Shown in pieces: positions 13,901 to 27,500 of a stretch of DNA of 64,000 nucleotides. The DNA is from Lingula anatina (Eukaryota > Animalia > Brachiopoda), in assembly GCA_051362555.1 (NCBI GenBank), contig CM120640.1:51562788-51626787 (forward strand), read 5' to 3'. Under the pieces are notes generated by a model that made no database searches, had not been told where the DNA came from, and saw nothing but the letters and a program-made list of their open reading frames with translations. Numbering within the stretch: position 1 is the first letter of the stretch; every line of letters starts with the position of its first letter. The translations under genes were made by a program, and so were the position numbers.

Positions 13901-16900
13901 TATGGCATTTGTACTTTATAGTTTCATTTTAAAAACCACATGAAATAAATAAGAATGATTAAGTCATAAAGATATTGGATAGTTGCTATAACGAATTAAT
14001 TTTTTTAGAAGAAAAGTTAATTTTTCATTCTTAATGACTTATTCTCCGTGGGTTATCTGACAAATTACACATGAATAAATTGTGACTTATCAAAACCATT
14101 TGGCTTTCTTCGCCTAAATTTAGGGACCAGTGATTTAAAGCCACACACCCTTCGGATATTAAGGTGCGTGGAATGGCTGTACACACCGCCCTTCACCTGT
14201 TCTGGGCGTTGAGAGGATTTCTCGGACATATTCAATCGCTGATTTATATTCAGTATTTGATACTTGGAGGGAAATATATGAAAGCAGCGAGGGAATCAAT
14301 TCGACCTTTTATTCCAAATACCAATTGTGTTTGAAATCTGCGACTAACGAAAGGATATTCACAAAATAATTGGTCGTATATCACCCATCGGATTAATACG
14401 TCCCACTGAACTCTAATGAAGGTCTGCGTCTGGAGGCTGGTGTAAACAAGTTTTACTTATGGCTCAGATTAACACATTCAATTATTCTTGAGTTAACGGA
14501 TCGCATAAATCGTTACCGAGAAAATGATTCATATTCCTGGACGGAAGATCAAAACATTTTACCGACTCCTTCAAATATAGTATTAAGTGAGAGCATATGC
14601 AGTAAGTAAGGAACGGGATAAGAGAACCAAGAGTACACTATCTTCAAACGTGACGGCATGTAGCCGGAGTGAGGGGAATTTTAGAGATAGTGCACCACAC
14701 AGGGGGGAGACATAACTTCACCATTAATGAAAGTGGTATAAGTGAAACTCTTAGGCTCGTCAAACTAAATTTAAACCGGGATTGTCAGCACGCGCTTTGG
14801 TGTGTGCAGATCTTAAAGAGGAAGAGGTTTAAGGATTTGTTTCCGTTGTCCTGATAATGTCACCCATCAAATTCATTCCTTGTCTTTCCAGTCTCTTCTC
14901 TTTGGAACACTCGACCTCGCCCTGGTTATGTCACATTTAAGTATTGACAGCTGTTCAAAACGCACCTCTTGTGCTATACTTGTGCTTGAACTGGGAACTC
15001 GGTGCAGCGAGGGCAGACATCCGAAGATACGACTCTGCTACCTGTATGGAATATAAACATGTACTGTATTGGAAACTATGACAAAATGCATCAGTGCATT
15101 TCATATTCTGCACCTAATATGTCAAAATATATATCAGAGAGACTTATTCAGATGCGACTGCCCTTATTTAAAAAACACGTTTTGTTTATTTATAAAATGC
15201 TGTCCGCTTATGATACATCTACATGTTTGTACCAAGGAGAGAGCAAGTGAACGCTTGCGGCAATTTTTTTTCTTGGTGGTGGTGGTGGTGGGGGGGGGGG
15301 GGGGGGGGGCACGCCATAAAATTCATATTCTTTTGCTGATTAGTTGACATTCGTATGAGAGTCAAGACACTATTGAAACATTATTATGCCACCAACTTAT
15401 CTCAACCCATTGAAGGCAGTATCCATGTATTAAATTTTGGGGGGCCGAATTGAAACGTTAACTTTAAAAGATGTAACAGTTTATCTCTGCCAAGCAAACC
15501 GTTAGTTACAGGTTTTGATTTTCCAACGTGGCCAACGCAACCCCTGCACACACGAGTTTTGTTTTCTTTTATTGCAAGACAGAATGCCAAAAATGGCCGC
15601 GGAAAGATAGCAAAATTATATCAATTGTAACCTAAGTCGCCCCAAACAGCCTGTTAGTTACGCTACCATGCATTAATGTACAGCATATAAAGTTTTATGC
15701 ATTTGCAATCAAAATGTCGAAGAAGCCTCTTCGGCCTCGGTGCTACGGGTCACTTTGCTCTGTCAAAGTCCTGTAAACCATACCGTGCTATAATTTGATA
15801 TTAAAACTTAATCAGAACTTCCCCCCTGACGTGCATTTGTCAGTCTTTTTTTCGCATCCTCGCAAATGAAACTGAAAACTGACAAAACTTGAAGGTTCCA
15901 ATTCGATTATGTGCTGCACGGCCCAAAACTGGTCATGCATATTTGCTCCAGAGTGATCTTTTTTTGACCCTTTGAATTAAATGTTCGGAAGTAACTTGTT
16001 GGCAGGATGACGATCAGTGATTCCCACAATGTCATTATAACGATAGAGTTATCGACCGATTAGGCGCACATGCTTGACCAAAATCTCTTCTCAGTTAATC
16101 CATCTGACGAGGCGATATCAGTCTTCTCAATGTGCTTCTAAACCGAGAATATAACTTCCGCATAAAATGCCCTTCACGAAAGCTATTATTTGTGGTCTGA
16201 TCTTTCCTCTGCGTTGGATCATTCTTGGTGTCATGTTATATTAGCGAGTACAGATAATTAGGGACTAGAATCAGCAGCATCTGCCTATCCCGGCATGCAG
16301 CGGGCCATTTATTGACTTGAACAGAAATATTAGTGGCAACCGATGAATCGGATGTTTGCATGCAACTACACTTTGGCAGCCGTTATTACCATGCTGACAC
16401 AGCTGTTGCTACTTTGGGTGACAATTTTAACGATGCCAATTGCATACGTTGACGCTGGATGGAAAGAGAAAAAAGTAGTGAGAAAAACAGATGAGCAGAG
16501 ACTTTTGGAAAAACTTTTACACGGTTACGAGAGCTACTCACGCCCGGTGTTTAACGCATCTGAGTCAGTGGAGGTAAAATTTGGAATAACCTTGACCACA
16601 ATTTCAGATATGGTAAGTAAAATATGGTGAACATGTCAACACACGAAGGAACCTTTTCAAAGACCCACCGAATAATATTCTAAAGAAATTTTACCTCCAT
16701 TTTTCGAAATGTGAATTTTAATCATCAGGAAAGGGTTGGAGTAGGTTCCTTCGTGTGAAGCATTTTATGGCTTACAGTTTATATTTACCTTTAAAAATTT
16801 CAGCACCCCATCGCAGTCGCCGGATTAGAAAAGGCAGAGAGATAAAAATCCCTGACGAACAAAGGTTACTAAGAAACCTTTTGTACAAATACGACACTGC

Positions 16901-19900
16901 TTCCCGTCCTGTCTACAATGCATCTCATACAGTCACTGTAAAATATGGACTAACTTTGACGCAGATAGCTGATATGGTAAGAACACAGAAATACACTAAT
17001 GATATGTCATATTTCTTAACCTAGATTTTATATGTTTGACAATCTAGATTTTTAACAGCCGAAACACCTAGGAACGACAGGTTTTAGCCTGAATCATTAT
17101 CTATCATTTTCAATTGCCAGTCATCCGTAGTGGTAGACCCCCATCTTGCGTCAAAATGTTACGTATATGCTCATTTTAATTGAGACATTTGAAGATAAAT
17201 TTGTTTTGATGTAGGACAGCCTTTGTAGTTAATCATCAAATTTTAATCATGGGCCCAGTTCTTGTAAAGCAGTCTAATTGGTTTTTGGCGATTTAACTAA
17301 TGAAGGTAAGCCACAGCCCTTTATGAGAAGGTATATAAAATGTGTTTTTATTTTAGTCAGTCAAACTTGACATTGAGAAAAAATATGTTAATGAGGTAAT
17401 CGAAAGTGCAAAAGTCGAGGTGCTTCAACTCCACTCATTGAAGCTTAACATTGTTCGCCCTTTGTTATCTACAAGTACTGGTCAGATCATTGGCTTTGCT
17501 TTTTCTCACATTATTTAATTTAGAACAAACGCCAAACAATGACCATCCAGGTGAAAGAGATGTTCAACTGTGCGTTGTAAAAAAAAAAATCAAATCAGTA
17601 ATAGATGTACGTGCTAGTGAGAAGCTCGTCATCTGTAAACGTCACAGCTCTATGTTCTAATAAAGACAAATGGGTTGGTTTATTGTGAATTATTACTTGT
17701 AATTGAAACCTTAGGTTCGAAGTGACGGGTGGTTGTTAATTGTACCTATTAACACCTAATCATATTCCGCTGACTGCACATTTGTAATTCTGAAAACTTG
17801 CTTTGATTAACCTTACCTTGTCTCTATTTTGCATGTGTAGCATACAATTAGGTCTTTTATACATTGCCATGCTCCATGTGTTTTACTATAAAGAACACTG
17901 AATGCAATTACCGGATGTTACTGTTCCTGGGTCTTAGACCGCACGTTAGTGAAGAATTAATGGAATGAATAAATGTCAAAAATGGTTATTTAAAACGAGG
18001 ATGACAAAAAATTGAACAAGACCAACTGTAAATGGCGGTCGTTATTGGATTCGTTTCGTTAGGCGCACTAAACGGAGATGAGGGTCTCCATCATTTCCTT
18101 AAAGCACATCCAAGAAAATGAAGGCAGGCTAATCACCATTTTATTACAAAAAGCTGCTTTTGAATCTTCCTTGAATCAAGGTTATAAAAAAGGTATCGAT
18201 ACAGTAAATGGTCTTTAGAAGAAACGTCATCATCCTGTAACATTAGCCGTGTTTGATCCATTGCCCGAGGTGGCCATACTATTGTATATTTGGATTGTAA
18301 CCGGCGTGAAATGCATAACCTTTCAAAAAAAAAAAAAAAAAAAAAAAACATCTCTCAATCGGTGCCTGTTTTGTACACGATTTTATTAACTGGGTGCTGC
18401 AGTCAGTGGAATGAGTTTAAACACCTTCGCCAAACGAGGGGCTTCAGATATAAAAAGTAGTTGATGATGTTAAAGATCAAGTACATTGTTATGTAATAAT
18501 AAAATGATAATAATAATAACTAGGGTCAGAGGACCGATTTTATTTGCTGTAGGGTTCCTTTGTAAGTTTTTCTTTAATTTTAAGATGTCAGTAAGACCAC
18601 GAATGTTTGCTTAGATTATACGTACTGGTACATGTACTGAATTTCCACCTCATACAAGATATGTAACATATGTGACATGTTGTACTAGGTTTACACACCT
18701 TATATCTGCAATAAGAAACATGTAAGATAGCGTAGGTAGTATAGTGGCTCGGAGTCTTAGCACTATTTTCTGGGTCAATTGTTGGAAAGGTCAAGAACAA
18801 GAGTGGTGTCAAGTTGGTCGCAATAGCGTAGGTACAATACCTCGATTTAAGTTCTATCAGACCGGTAAATGGCACGATATACATTTTTGTCTTATATCAC
18901 ATATACAGTGAAAATATATGTCGCATGTTGGTGTGATGCGACATGTGGACCTGAATGTGTCGGCCTTTTGCATTCAACAGGCTGCGTACGTGTACCAAAC
19001 AAGAATTATGCATTGTTACATGAATGTAATCAGTCATGTCTGTATATGAATAACAAATAGACGAGGCATTTAGAAATAGAAAGTAATAAATGAAACTTGG
19101 ATTGCTGCCTGGATGTGTCTATATGGTGATTAGACATAGCATTCAGAATTCATGACAGTCGAATCTCAAGATTTCTAAACAAACCTGCACCGTAACCTTT
19201 TGTTTCTTATTCCCTTTTTCTTAGTAAATTTACGGAGAAAAGTCTAGGCATCATGTTAAAATCTGGCAATTTTTCCTGGATACAGTGGATATACGCAAAT
19301 AAAAAGCATCGCATTGGAAGTTAAGTGCGCAATCCACATTTCTAAGAGTCTCTCAAAGAGATCAGTTCAGAGGCTTTACATGCATATATAATCGCGTTCC
19401 CTTGGTGCAGGCTGATATGTCTTCATCCAATCTGTCACCCTCCCAGTAGCAATAGCTGACCCCACAGGGAAAGACTGTAGATACCTTTTACGTTCGGTCA
19501 GTGGGTGATGATAAAATGAACCTAGACCTACAATTACATGGATGTACTACCTTTGACATACTCTACAAAATACCATGTCGACCGATTGCGCAGTATTTAT
19601 TTAAAATATAGCACATAACTGTACACTTTGATGGGTGCACGGCATGATAAGCCCAGATTTATACCCAGAAACATTTATTTGAATGCAATTTTATTGCATG
19701 GAGTACCTCTTGCTGTTATTATATGAATATAATCATAATAGTAAAGGTACCTTGACACCTGTTTTCAATGTTGTTTAAGGCATGAATATATATGAGACAT
19801 TCAAGATTTATTTGCTTTTCCCCAAAGTATAGTATTATATGAAATTAATTTTTCACTTTGCATAGCGCAATTAAATCTGGATTAAACCAAACCTGATGAA

Positions 19901-21132
19901 CTATTTGCGAAAGTACCATTTAAATAGAATGAGGATACAAGACAAAATAATAAAAGAAGTAATACCCGACGTAATTCCAAATGGAAGCAAAGAATTTGTT
20001 AAAACACTAATGTGCAATATTTTTCTTCATTTGAAGACAAGAACTAGCTGAAGCATGGGTAATCCTTTATACATTTATTGTTTTAAATAAGTGAAGTACC
20101 AGATGTGTTACTATGATTTGGGTATACTCCCTTTTTTTTTGGACTAGAATGATATCGTTGTGATAGATTTATTTACTTCCTAAAAGGGCCCGATAGACTT
20201 GAATTTAAAATTGTTTTGATAGAAATTTTCCACGCCCAGTTGTATTCACCCCCACGCGTGTGAATATCAACACATGTATAAGTTAGGTACTTAAAAGCGA
20301 TCAGTCAAATATTTGCAACTAATATTGCTAAAGGGCGCACATGTAACATAAACCAAACCACAATCAGAAGTAAATTCAATATTTCCGCATGTTCTCCTCG
20401 ACAAGACCGTTTGACCTTTGTTCCCACTCACTTTTTTTTCATTTTTTCACCTTCATAAGCAGGTAGCACCATGTCTAATAGTCACTTTGAGTAATACTTT
20501 GAGTCATTACTTAGCTATTCGCCCATAATGGATATATAACACATAAACAGTACCTTTTCCACAGCGCAGATATCACTTTCATATGCTTCCTTAGATCACT
20601 TAATTAGACGAAAGATTCCTTGATCACGGGACGGATATCACTTATAGGTAACTAATGATATCTTCCAGTATGCGAGGTAGAGTTATTGTGCAACGTTTAT
20701 CAACCATTTGATTGATGGCAATTTGATTAACAGTTACCAAGGGAAGGTCTGCCTGTTCCAGTAAACCGAGTTATTGCAAATTGTATTCTGAGAAGTACTA
20801 ACAACGAGTGCGTTTTATGAAGAATCGCACGCTAAACAGCTCCCTCACTATAATCCCCACACAAAGGCCCGTTTAATTGCATTTCACATTGTCTTTGAAC
20901 CAAGGTAAGACAATCCTTATATCTTCTATGGCTTCTTAATTCAACGTAAACTGCATTCGAATGTTCGTGATGAAGAAAAAAAGGGAAATTGGGTGACGTT
21001 AAAGAAGTGGTGAGGAAGCAATATTGGAAATATATCTGATTAATTACATTATGTTTAAAGATATTTATTTGATAGATTTATTCATTTCAAATGCGTTAAT
21101 ATAATTTGTGGGCAAGCATTGAATTTTTGAAA

Positions 21133-21164
<32 letters not shown>

Positions 21165-24100
21165 CTGGGCCATCAAAAAACAACTTTTAGAATTACAGAT
21201 AGAAAATAAACGTCAGAATAAAAGTGGTATATGATTACCTTTCAACAAATAGGCCTAAAATCTTATAAATACTTTAAATACTGAAATATAATGGCAACTT
21301 ATCTACCAAAAAGAAACTATGACTGAATTTTCAGACAATTCAGTATACAGTACAAATGATTTTCTAGAGCCGGATGGTTTTCAATGTCATAAACAGTACC
21401 ATGCTGATAAAATAAACACATTCTAGAAATATAAATAATAAACATAAGTCTGCCATTACACTGAAACGCCACTATGGTGCTCTGCCACACTTTTGCAATG
21501 TGCGTTTGTTAGACCTACTAGACACGTCTTGACTGTGAGATTGTGGAGAAAAGCTGAGGACTTAGAATGAGGATAATGTCTGTTTTTGGGTGAAAACACA
21601 CACTTCTAACAGATGCATTTCGATGACTTCCTCATTAAATTATCTAGTCTCAGAAATTTGGTTGAATTAAACCAACATCCATAATTATGATTAAGTGTTT
21701 TACGTCATTAGTTGGAAAACAGTTTATGGTGGCAGACTTTTTTCCAGTTGTACAATGTTTGGGCGTTTGGGAAGGTATTTTGTTCCTATTTCTTCATTGA
21801 TAAGCATTATTTTCTTGAATTAATCCTAAGAATTCGTTTCATTCCAAATGTATGCTGTCGAAAAGAGCTAGATATAATTTTTTCCTTCTATTTAGTCGTT
21901 TTATATTTAAAACACAGGTCCAATAATCTTATGCTGTTGCAAAAAGAGAGCCCCAAAGCCACCCAAAACCAAAAGACGACTGGATACGAAACTGATAAAT
22001 TGAAAGATGACTACTTCCTTGCCATGCCCTTCGATAAAACATATTGAGTTATTAACCTGAGTTGGTAACGATGTTTAACAATATAGTTTCAGTATGAATG
22101 ATCCACCGTCGATTTTTCTTACCCTATGTTCGTAGCATACATAACACGCCATACTTTCCAAAAAGCCTAATATACTGTACCAAATTGATTTTATTTTATT
22201 CATCTATCCATCGTGTAATTTTTCACGAGGTACTTGAGTTGACGTCACAATTTAATCGGCTTCTTTTATTTTCCATTTCATGAACCATTGCAGTCCGTAG
22301 GATTGCCTGTTAATTCTGTTTCCAAGTATCACAACTAATGAACTAATTTCAGCAGTTCTACTTGTCAATAAAATCACCACATGGAATGCGTCGAAGCTTT
22401 ACTATCTCTTTGAGATTATTCAAATGTGCAAGAATGCATTCTGCACAAGAAGAATATAGTTTGTGTTCTACCCATATCGATTAGAAGTAGTTGAAATTAA
22501 ATTTGTGTGAGAGTTCCTTCCCAGTTCAGTCTATGTGCTTCATTTTCGTTTTGAAGAAAAACGGAGCAAGGCGCTGTGGAGCAATCCATTTCGAGTCGAA
22601 TTTTTCTTCCCTACAATCCTCAGTTTATCTAAAAACCCGTACCAGAGGGTAGTTCGAGGAATAAACCGGAAATAACGGGAGTAAAGAAGGTGAATAATAT
22701 TCACTCAACCTGCCATAATTCTCTGACTAGAAATAATAAGGCTAATGAAGTTTTCATTCGCTTGAATTATTGAAATTAAAACACAGAATTGCTCAGTTAT
22801 AAATTGGAGTTTTCCCTGAGCTGTCTACAAAGTAATGGCTGGTCATTGAACTGACTTATTCTCTTGCACAGACTTTAAAGAATTACTAACTAGAAATCAC
22901 GGTGAGTAAACGCTACAACCAGACACCAATTAAGCCGTAGGCCTATTTATATACAGGTCTTTCGATTATCGTAAATCATTTATATTAATAAAATCAAGCA
23001 GTCAACCTGTAATGTCTACTAACCTTAGTAAGAAGATATACAAATTATTTGTTTGTCAGTCGTGGAGAATCTGGACGTGGCCAGTATCAGAGCAATAAAG
23101 TGTCTAATTTTTTTCTCCTGTTAAAGTTTTATCTCATGGCAACGCAAAAATACAATTACACATTGTAACGGTCAAAACAAACTCCAACCGATGGCCTCAC
23201 GTGCAACCCAGTTCAGCCAGCTGTATTTTGGCAGTTTTATTGATAGCCCAAATTTATCGCTTTGAAACGGACAGTACTAGTAAATCTATGACATTAGTCA
23301 AGTAAGGAACTCGGGTATCTGTACGATAATTTCCTGACATTTGCAGCCCACTGCCAGAAAGGTGCAATTAAAAGTTGACAGATATATGAGGGCGTAAAAG
23401 CGATATATTACAGGTGTTTGGTAGGGACATTTCGTCCATGCAGCCTCATCAACTTTATAACAGAAAGGTTTTATATGTGCATGGATTCCCTGCAAAGAAC
23501 CAGTCCTCAAATTCTGTGTTGCCATGAAGATAGTCTATATGCAGGTCGAAACCCTAACCTGACATTTTGATTTTTCGCATTATTGACAAACAACAATTAC
23601 ATAATGGCAACCGCTTTTTCGAAATACATGGTTTTTTCCCGTTGATCCTTTCAAATTTTTTGTTGTAAAGATAAGAGGAATTCAAAACATGTGCATGAGA
23701 CCTTGATATAGCCTAATGCTGCCTGGTTATCTTTTGCGTCAGTCATACAGGTATGAAGTCAGTGCTCCGTGAATGACTACTGCCACCATAAATGCCGAAC
23801 CACAATACAAGGACAGCGATCAATGGCTTATCTGGTCATAACAGGTGATTCGAATTTTTTTCGAAACATATGCGTGGGATTTGTTGCTAATGGACATACA
23901 CTCTGCGGCGTTTTATCAGCTAGATCTTTTCTAAGACAGTTTAAAAGTATGGAAAACGAAAATACTCTCTCGAGCAATTTAAACTTTTAAATGTAGGCCA
24001 AGTCGAATGATGACTAACAGCTGCATGGAATCGTTAGCCACGCTACAATTGTCACGATTATAAAGTATCGAGAACAGGCTTGCGCTTCCGTGTAGTGCTT

Positions 24101-24474
24101 GATGTTACTTCGAAACTAGGTAGCTAATAATTGCGTGCAGTCCCTATGAACAAACCTTAACTAAATTATATGTGTTATCATTTGTTTCATCACATTTAAG
24201 TTGAATGGTTCCAGATGGGAGAAAATCAAATTGATATGTCGAATGAAACCAAAGATAATTTAAAAGAGCCTCAAAGGGTCTCCGATATTCAGTCTGTGAA
24301 AAAACAGTTTGTAGCTAAATGTCTGTAAAGGATCATTGTACACAGGGCACAACCTGGATATATCTCTTGCTTGAAGTTAACTATAGGCCTACCTTTTTTA
24401 TACCTGTTCTTAAGTACGATTTCATTTTTCTTCAATGCGTTTTACTTAATGAAATATGTTCCAGTTATCACCAG

Positions 24475-24544
<70 letters not shown>

Positions 24545-27500
24545 CGTGCTTCCCATGATATAATTACTTAGGTACCCCAGCCTCCTGCTTTGGTCAAAGA
24601 ACCAAAATGTTTATTTTGAGTTTGTACATTATTTGCAGTGCTGCGACCCTTATCAGCAATTTTTTCAGCTCCCTGCAGGGACTGCTTCTCGAAAGGGGTG
24701 ATAATTGGCACGCCGAGGCTGGAAATGGCCAACAGGTATTGAAGATCCTTGTTTGTATGTCATTCAGCGACGATTTATTTACGTGTTCTCTTTTTTTCAG
24801 GATGAAGTAAACCAGGTACTAACAACAAACGTCTGGTTAGAGCAGGTAAGAATTTACGTATTTTATAACTTAGGAAAAGTAACATCAATTTAACGGTGTA
24901 CACTGTATGTGCTTGCATGTATCAGATACTTAAAACTTCTTTGAGGATTGGCGTTAGGGTGGCAGGCAAGAATTTATGTATGTAACTTGTATCGATATCA
25001 AATTAATGACTGCTTTATACAAGGTGGTATGTGGCACATAACAGACGCCTAAATAAACGCTTTAACCTGGGGTTAGAATATTCCCGGGTTACATTCAGGT
25101 CTTCAAAACGGAATTAACAGAAACTGAGAATCGACAGAGAGCTGATTACAGTATGAAGTAAAATAGGTACGTTGCACATAGTCTCCATCTTTCAGAGGAT
25201 GTAAGCACCCCTTGAGACGAGTGTCTTCTGTAAAACTAAATATTTTCAAAAAAAGTTCGATCCGAAAAAAAGGGCATGACTACGCACTTTGTTACTTTGG
25301 CATCAAATCTAATTTATACAAATGCTGCATAGTCCTCTGAGAAAACTGAACGTAAAATGCGCACTTTGCCTCAGCCGTGCCATAAAACATAGCGAGTCCT
25401 GAAGAGAGGCGAAATGTCATATTATACCACTACGGCTGCAAATCAGCATGCTCCTAGTTCAACTTTCAAATAGCTTTTTGATCTATTGATTTGAATAACC
25501 CTAAGAGACAGCTTAAAACAAGAAATTGTTATTTTTATTAATATGCCATATGTCAATCAATAATATAAGCCCAATTCCTTCGTGTCCTCGTAGGGAATTC
25601 CAAACAACGGTCTACTTTTCTGACAACATTTGGACTTGTTTTCGGCTAGCTTTGGTGGCCATAAGTATTCAGTTATTCAAAAGTTACATATCTCTCATTT
25701 GATTTGATATAATTCTTATGTGGTACCTAACGCTAAAACTCAATATTCAAGCGTCTGAAGCATATATTATAATGGTTATTGTGACAAAGCACGTAGCTCG
25801 TTTGATGTCGTAGTTCTCAAAACTACCGTTGTCATCCATAGTCGTTTTGGAAGAATAATAATTTTTATTCCATTCCCCTAAGAACACAGATGTAGTTGCT
25901 AAATGGATCAGAAATCTGATATATGGCCACATCCAACAATGGGTTTTAGAAGAAATACCGTTTTGGGAATTGCACCAGGAAGTAGACGTTTTCAGTGCAA
26001 GAAAGTTACGTTGGTGTGTCATGTTATTCCTTCAATAATTTTATCATTTTATTTTTATGTGCAGGAATTAATATATATTTGAGAATTGAGGATTGAAGTA
26101 CCAGTCATATTTATCCTTTGATACATGCTCTCTCTGATTAATATAAGAAGTGGTAGGCCAATTAAACTGACCTGTATGACTAAAGAGTTAGAAGACATAA
26201 CCCGTTGCTTTTTCCCATTACGTAACCTGTTGTCCTTGACATTATCTTTTAATTACTAAATGTTGGAGTCACTCTTCTTCCATCATATTTTGCTTTAGAC
26301 ATTTTATTAGGCATGTCGTGACTTGATTTTATCTATTTGACAATGGCTTTTATTTCGAACTAATAGAACCCAAAATTCGAACATACTGGTTTGGTTTCAT
26401 ATGGGGCATGGTAGAGGATTACCCTCTACCAGGGCGACTGATAGATTTTTACGGATATTCACAGATATGTCTCTAGCTAGATGGATTGTCATTTTCAGCT
26501 AAAAATCTATCAGTCGCCCTGGTAGAGGGTAGTAGAGGATGTGCGCGAAGGATTTACTTAGTTAAGACCAACGCTTCACTTTCATTTTAATACCACTTTT
26601 TTCGTGCAACATTGAGCTATATGAAATTGCGTGTGACATCTGGAAAAGCTTATTACAAACAGGTGAAAATAATTGCTGTGAACTGTTGAACTGCACAATT
26701 CTTGTAAATTGTGTGACAGATTGAAACCAAAAACAGGTTCTCAGATCTGCGTAAGTGGGCCTTAGGTCATTGGCGGAATATATTTTGTTGTCATTCTGGG
26801 TGTTTTGAGTACTTTGTTCCCTTCATATTTACCAGCAAAAGCACGATTTACAGATTCATCATACCATTCCATAGCCGCAATAAGTCCATGTTCATTACAG
26901 TTCAAAGTATCTTTGTTATATCTCCCGTGTTAGCATGCAACTACGTCTACCTCTACATAGGATCAATACTTGCCATCTTTTTATTGTGATACTGATTTTA
27001 ATCCTCCATGTGTCATATACTAGATCGAAACCTCAATTATTTGAATTTGAATCAGAATTAACATGCCCGAATGATAAAAGCTCACATATGGATAGCTAGG
27101 AGACATACAATGTCATTGCGAACTATGATTGATGGGAAATATGAATGTCTCCAAATCTCAAATTAATGCTTTTTAGCAGTGCATCAGTGGAAAACATACG
27201 ACAAGTTTGATATAATACACAAGGTAGTGGCTTTAAAGAAAGAAGAGTATATAAGAAACTTTCAAGCGAAGCGGCATTTTTGGCAAATTGTCAATTTGTT
27301 ACTGTTGCTGTGGCATTTACTTTAATAAATTCAGGTAATGTTTCATATTAATATACCATTTTTTAGCTTTCTTAAGTTGTCAAAGGAGAAGAGGAATGGT
27401 TTGCCGTACGTCTGAATAGCACCCATCTTCCTTTCGATATATAAGATGAAAATTGTCGCTGTGTTGTCCTAATATAATATTCTTGTCTGTTTGCTGGGTC

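Noticed and set aside
16343-16976. Two separate tandem nAChR genes
   Set aside because: I found only one set of downstream exons (24801 onward), so alternative exons of one gene is the simpler reading.
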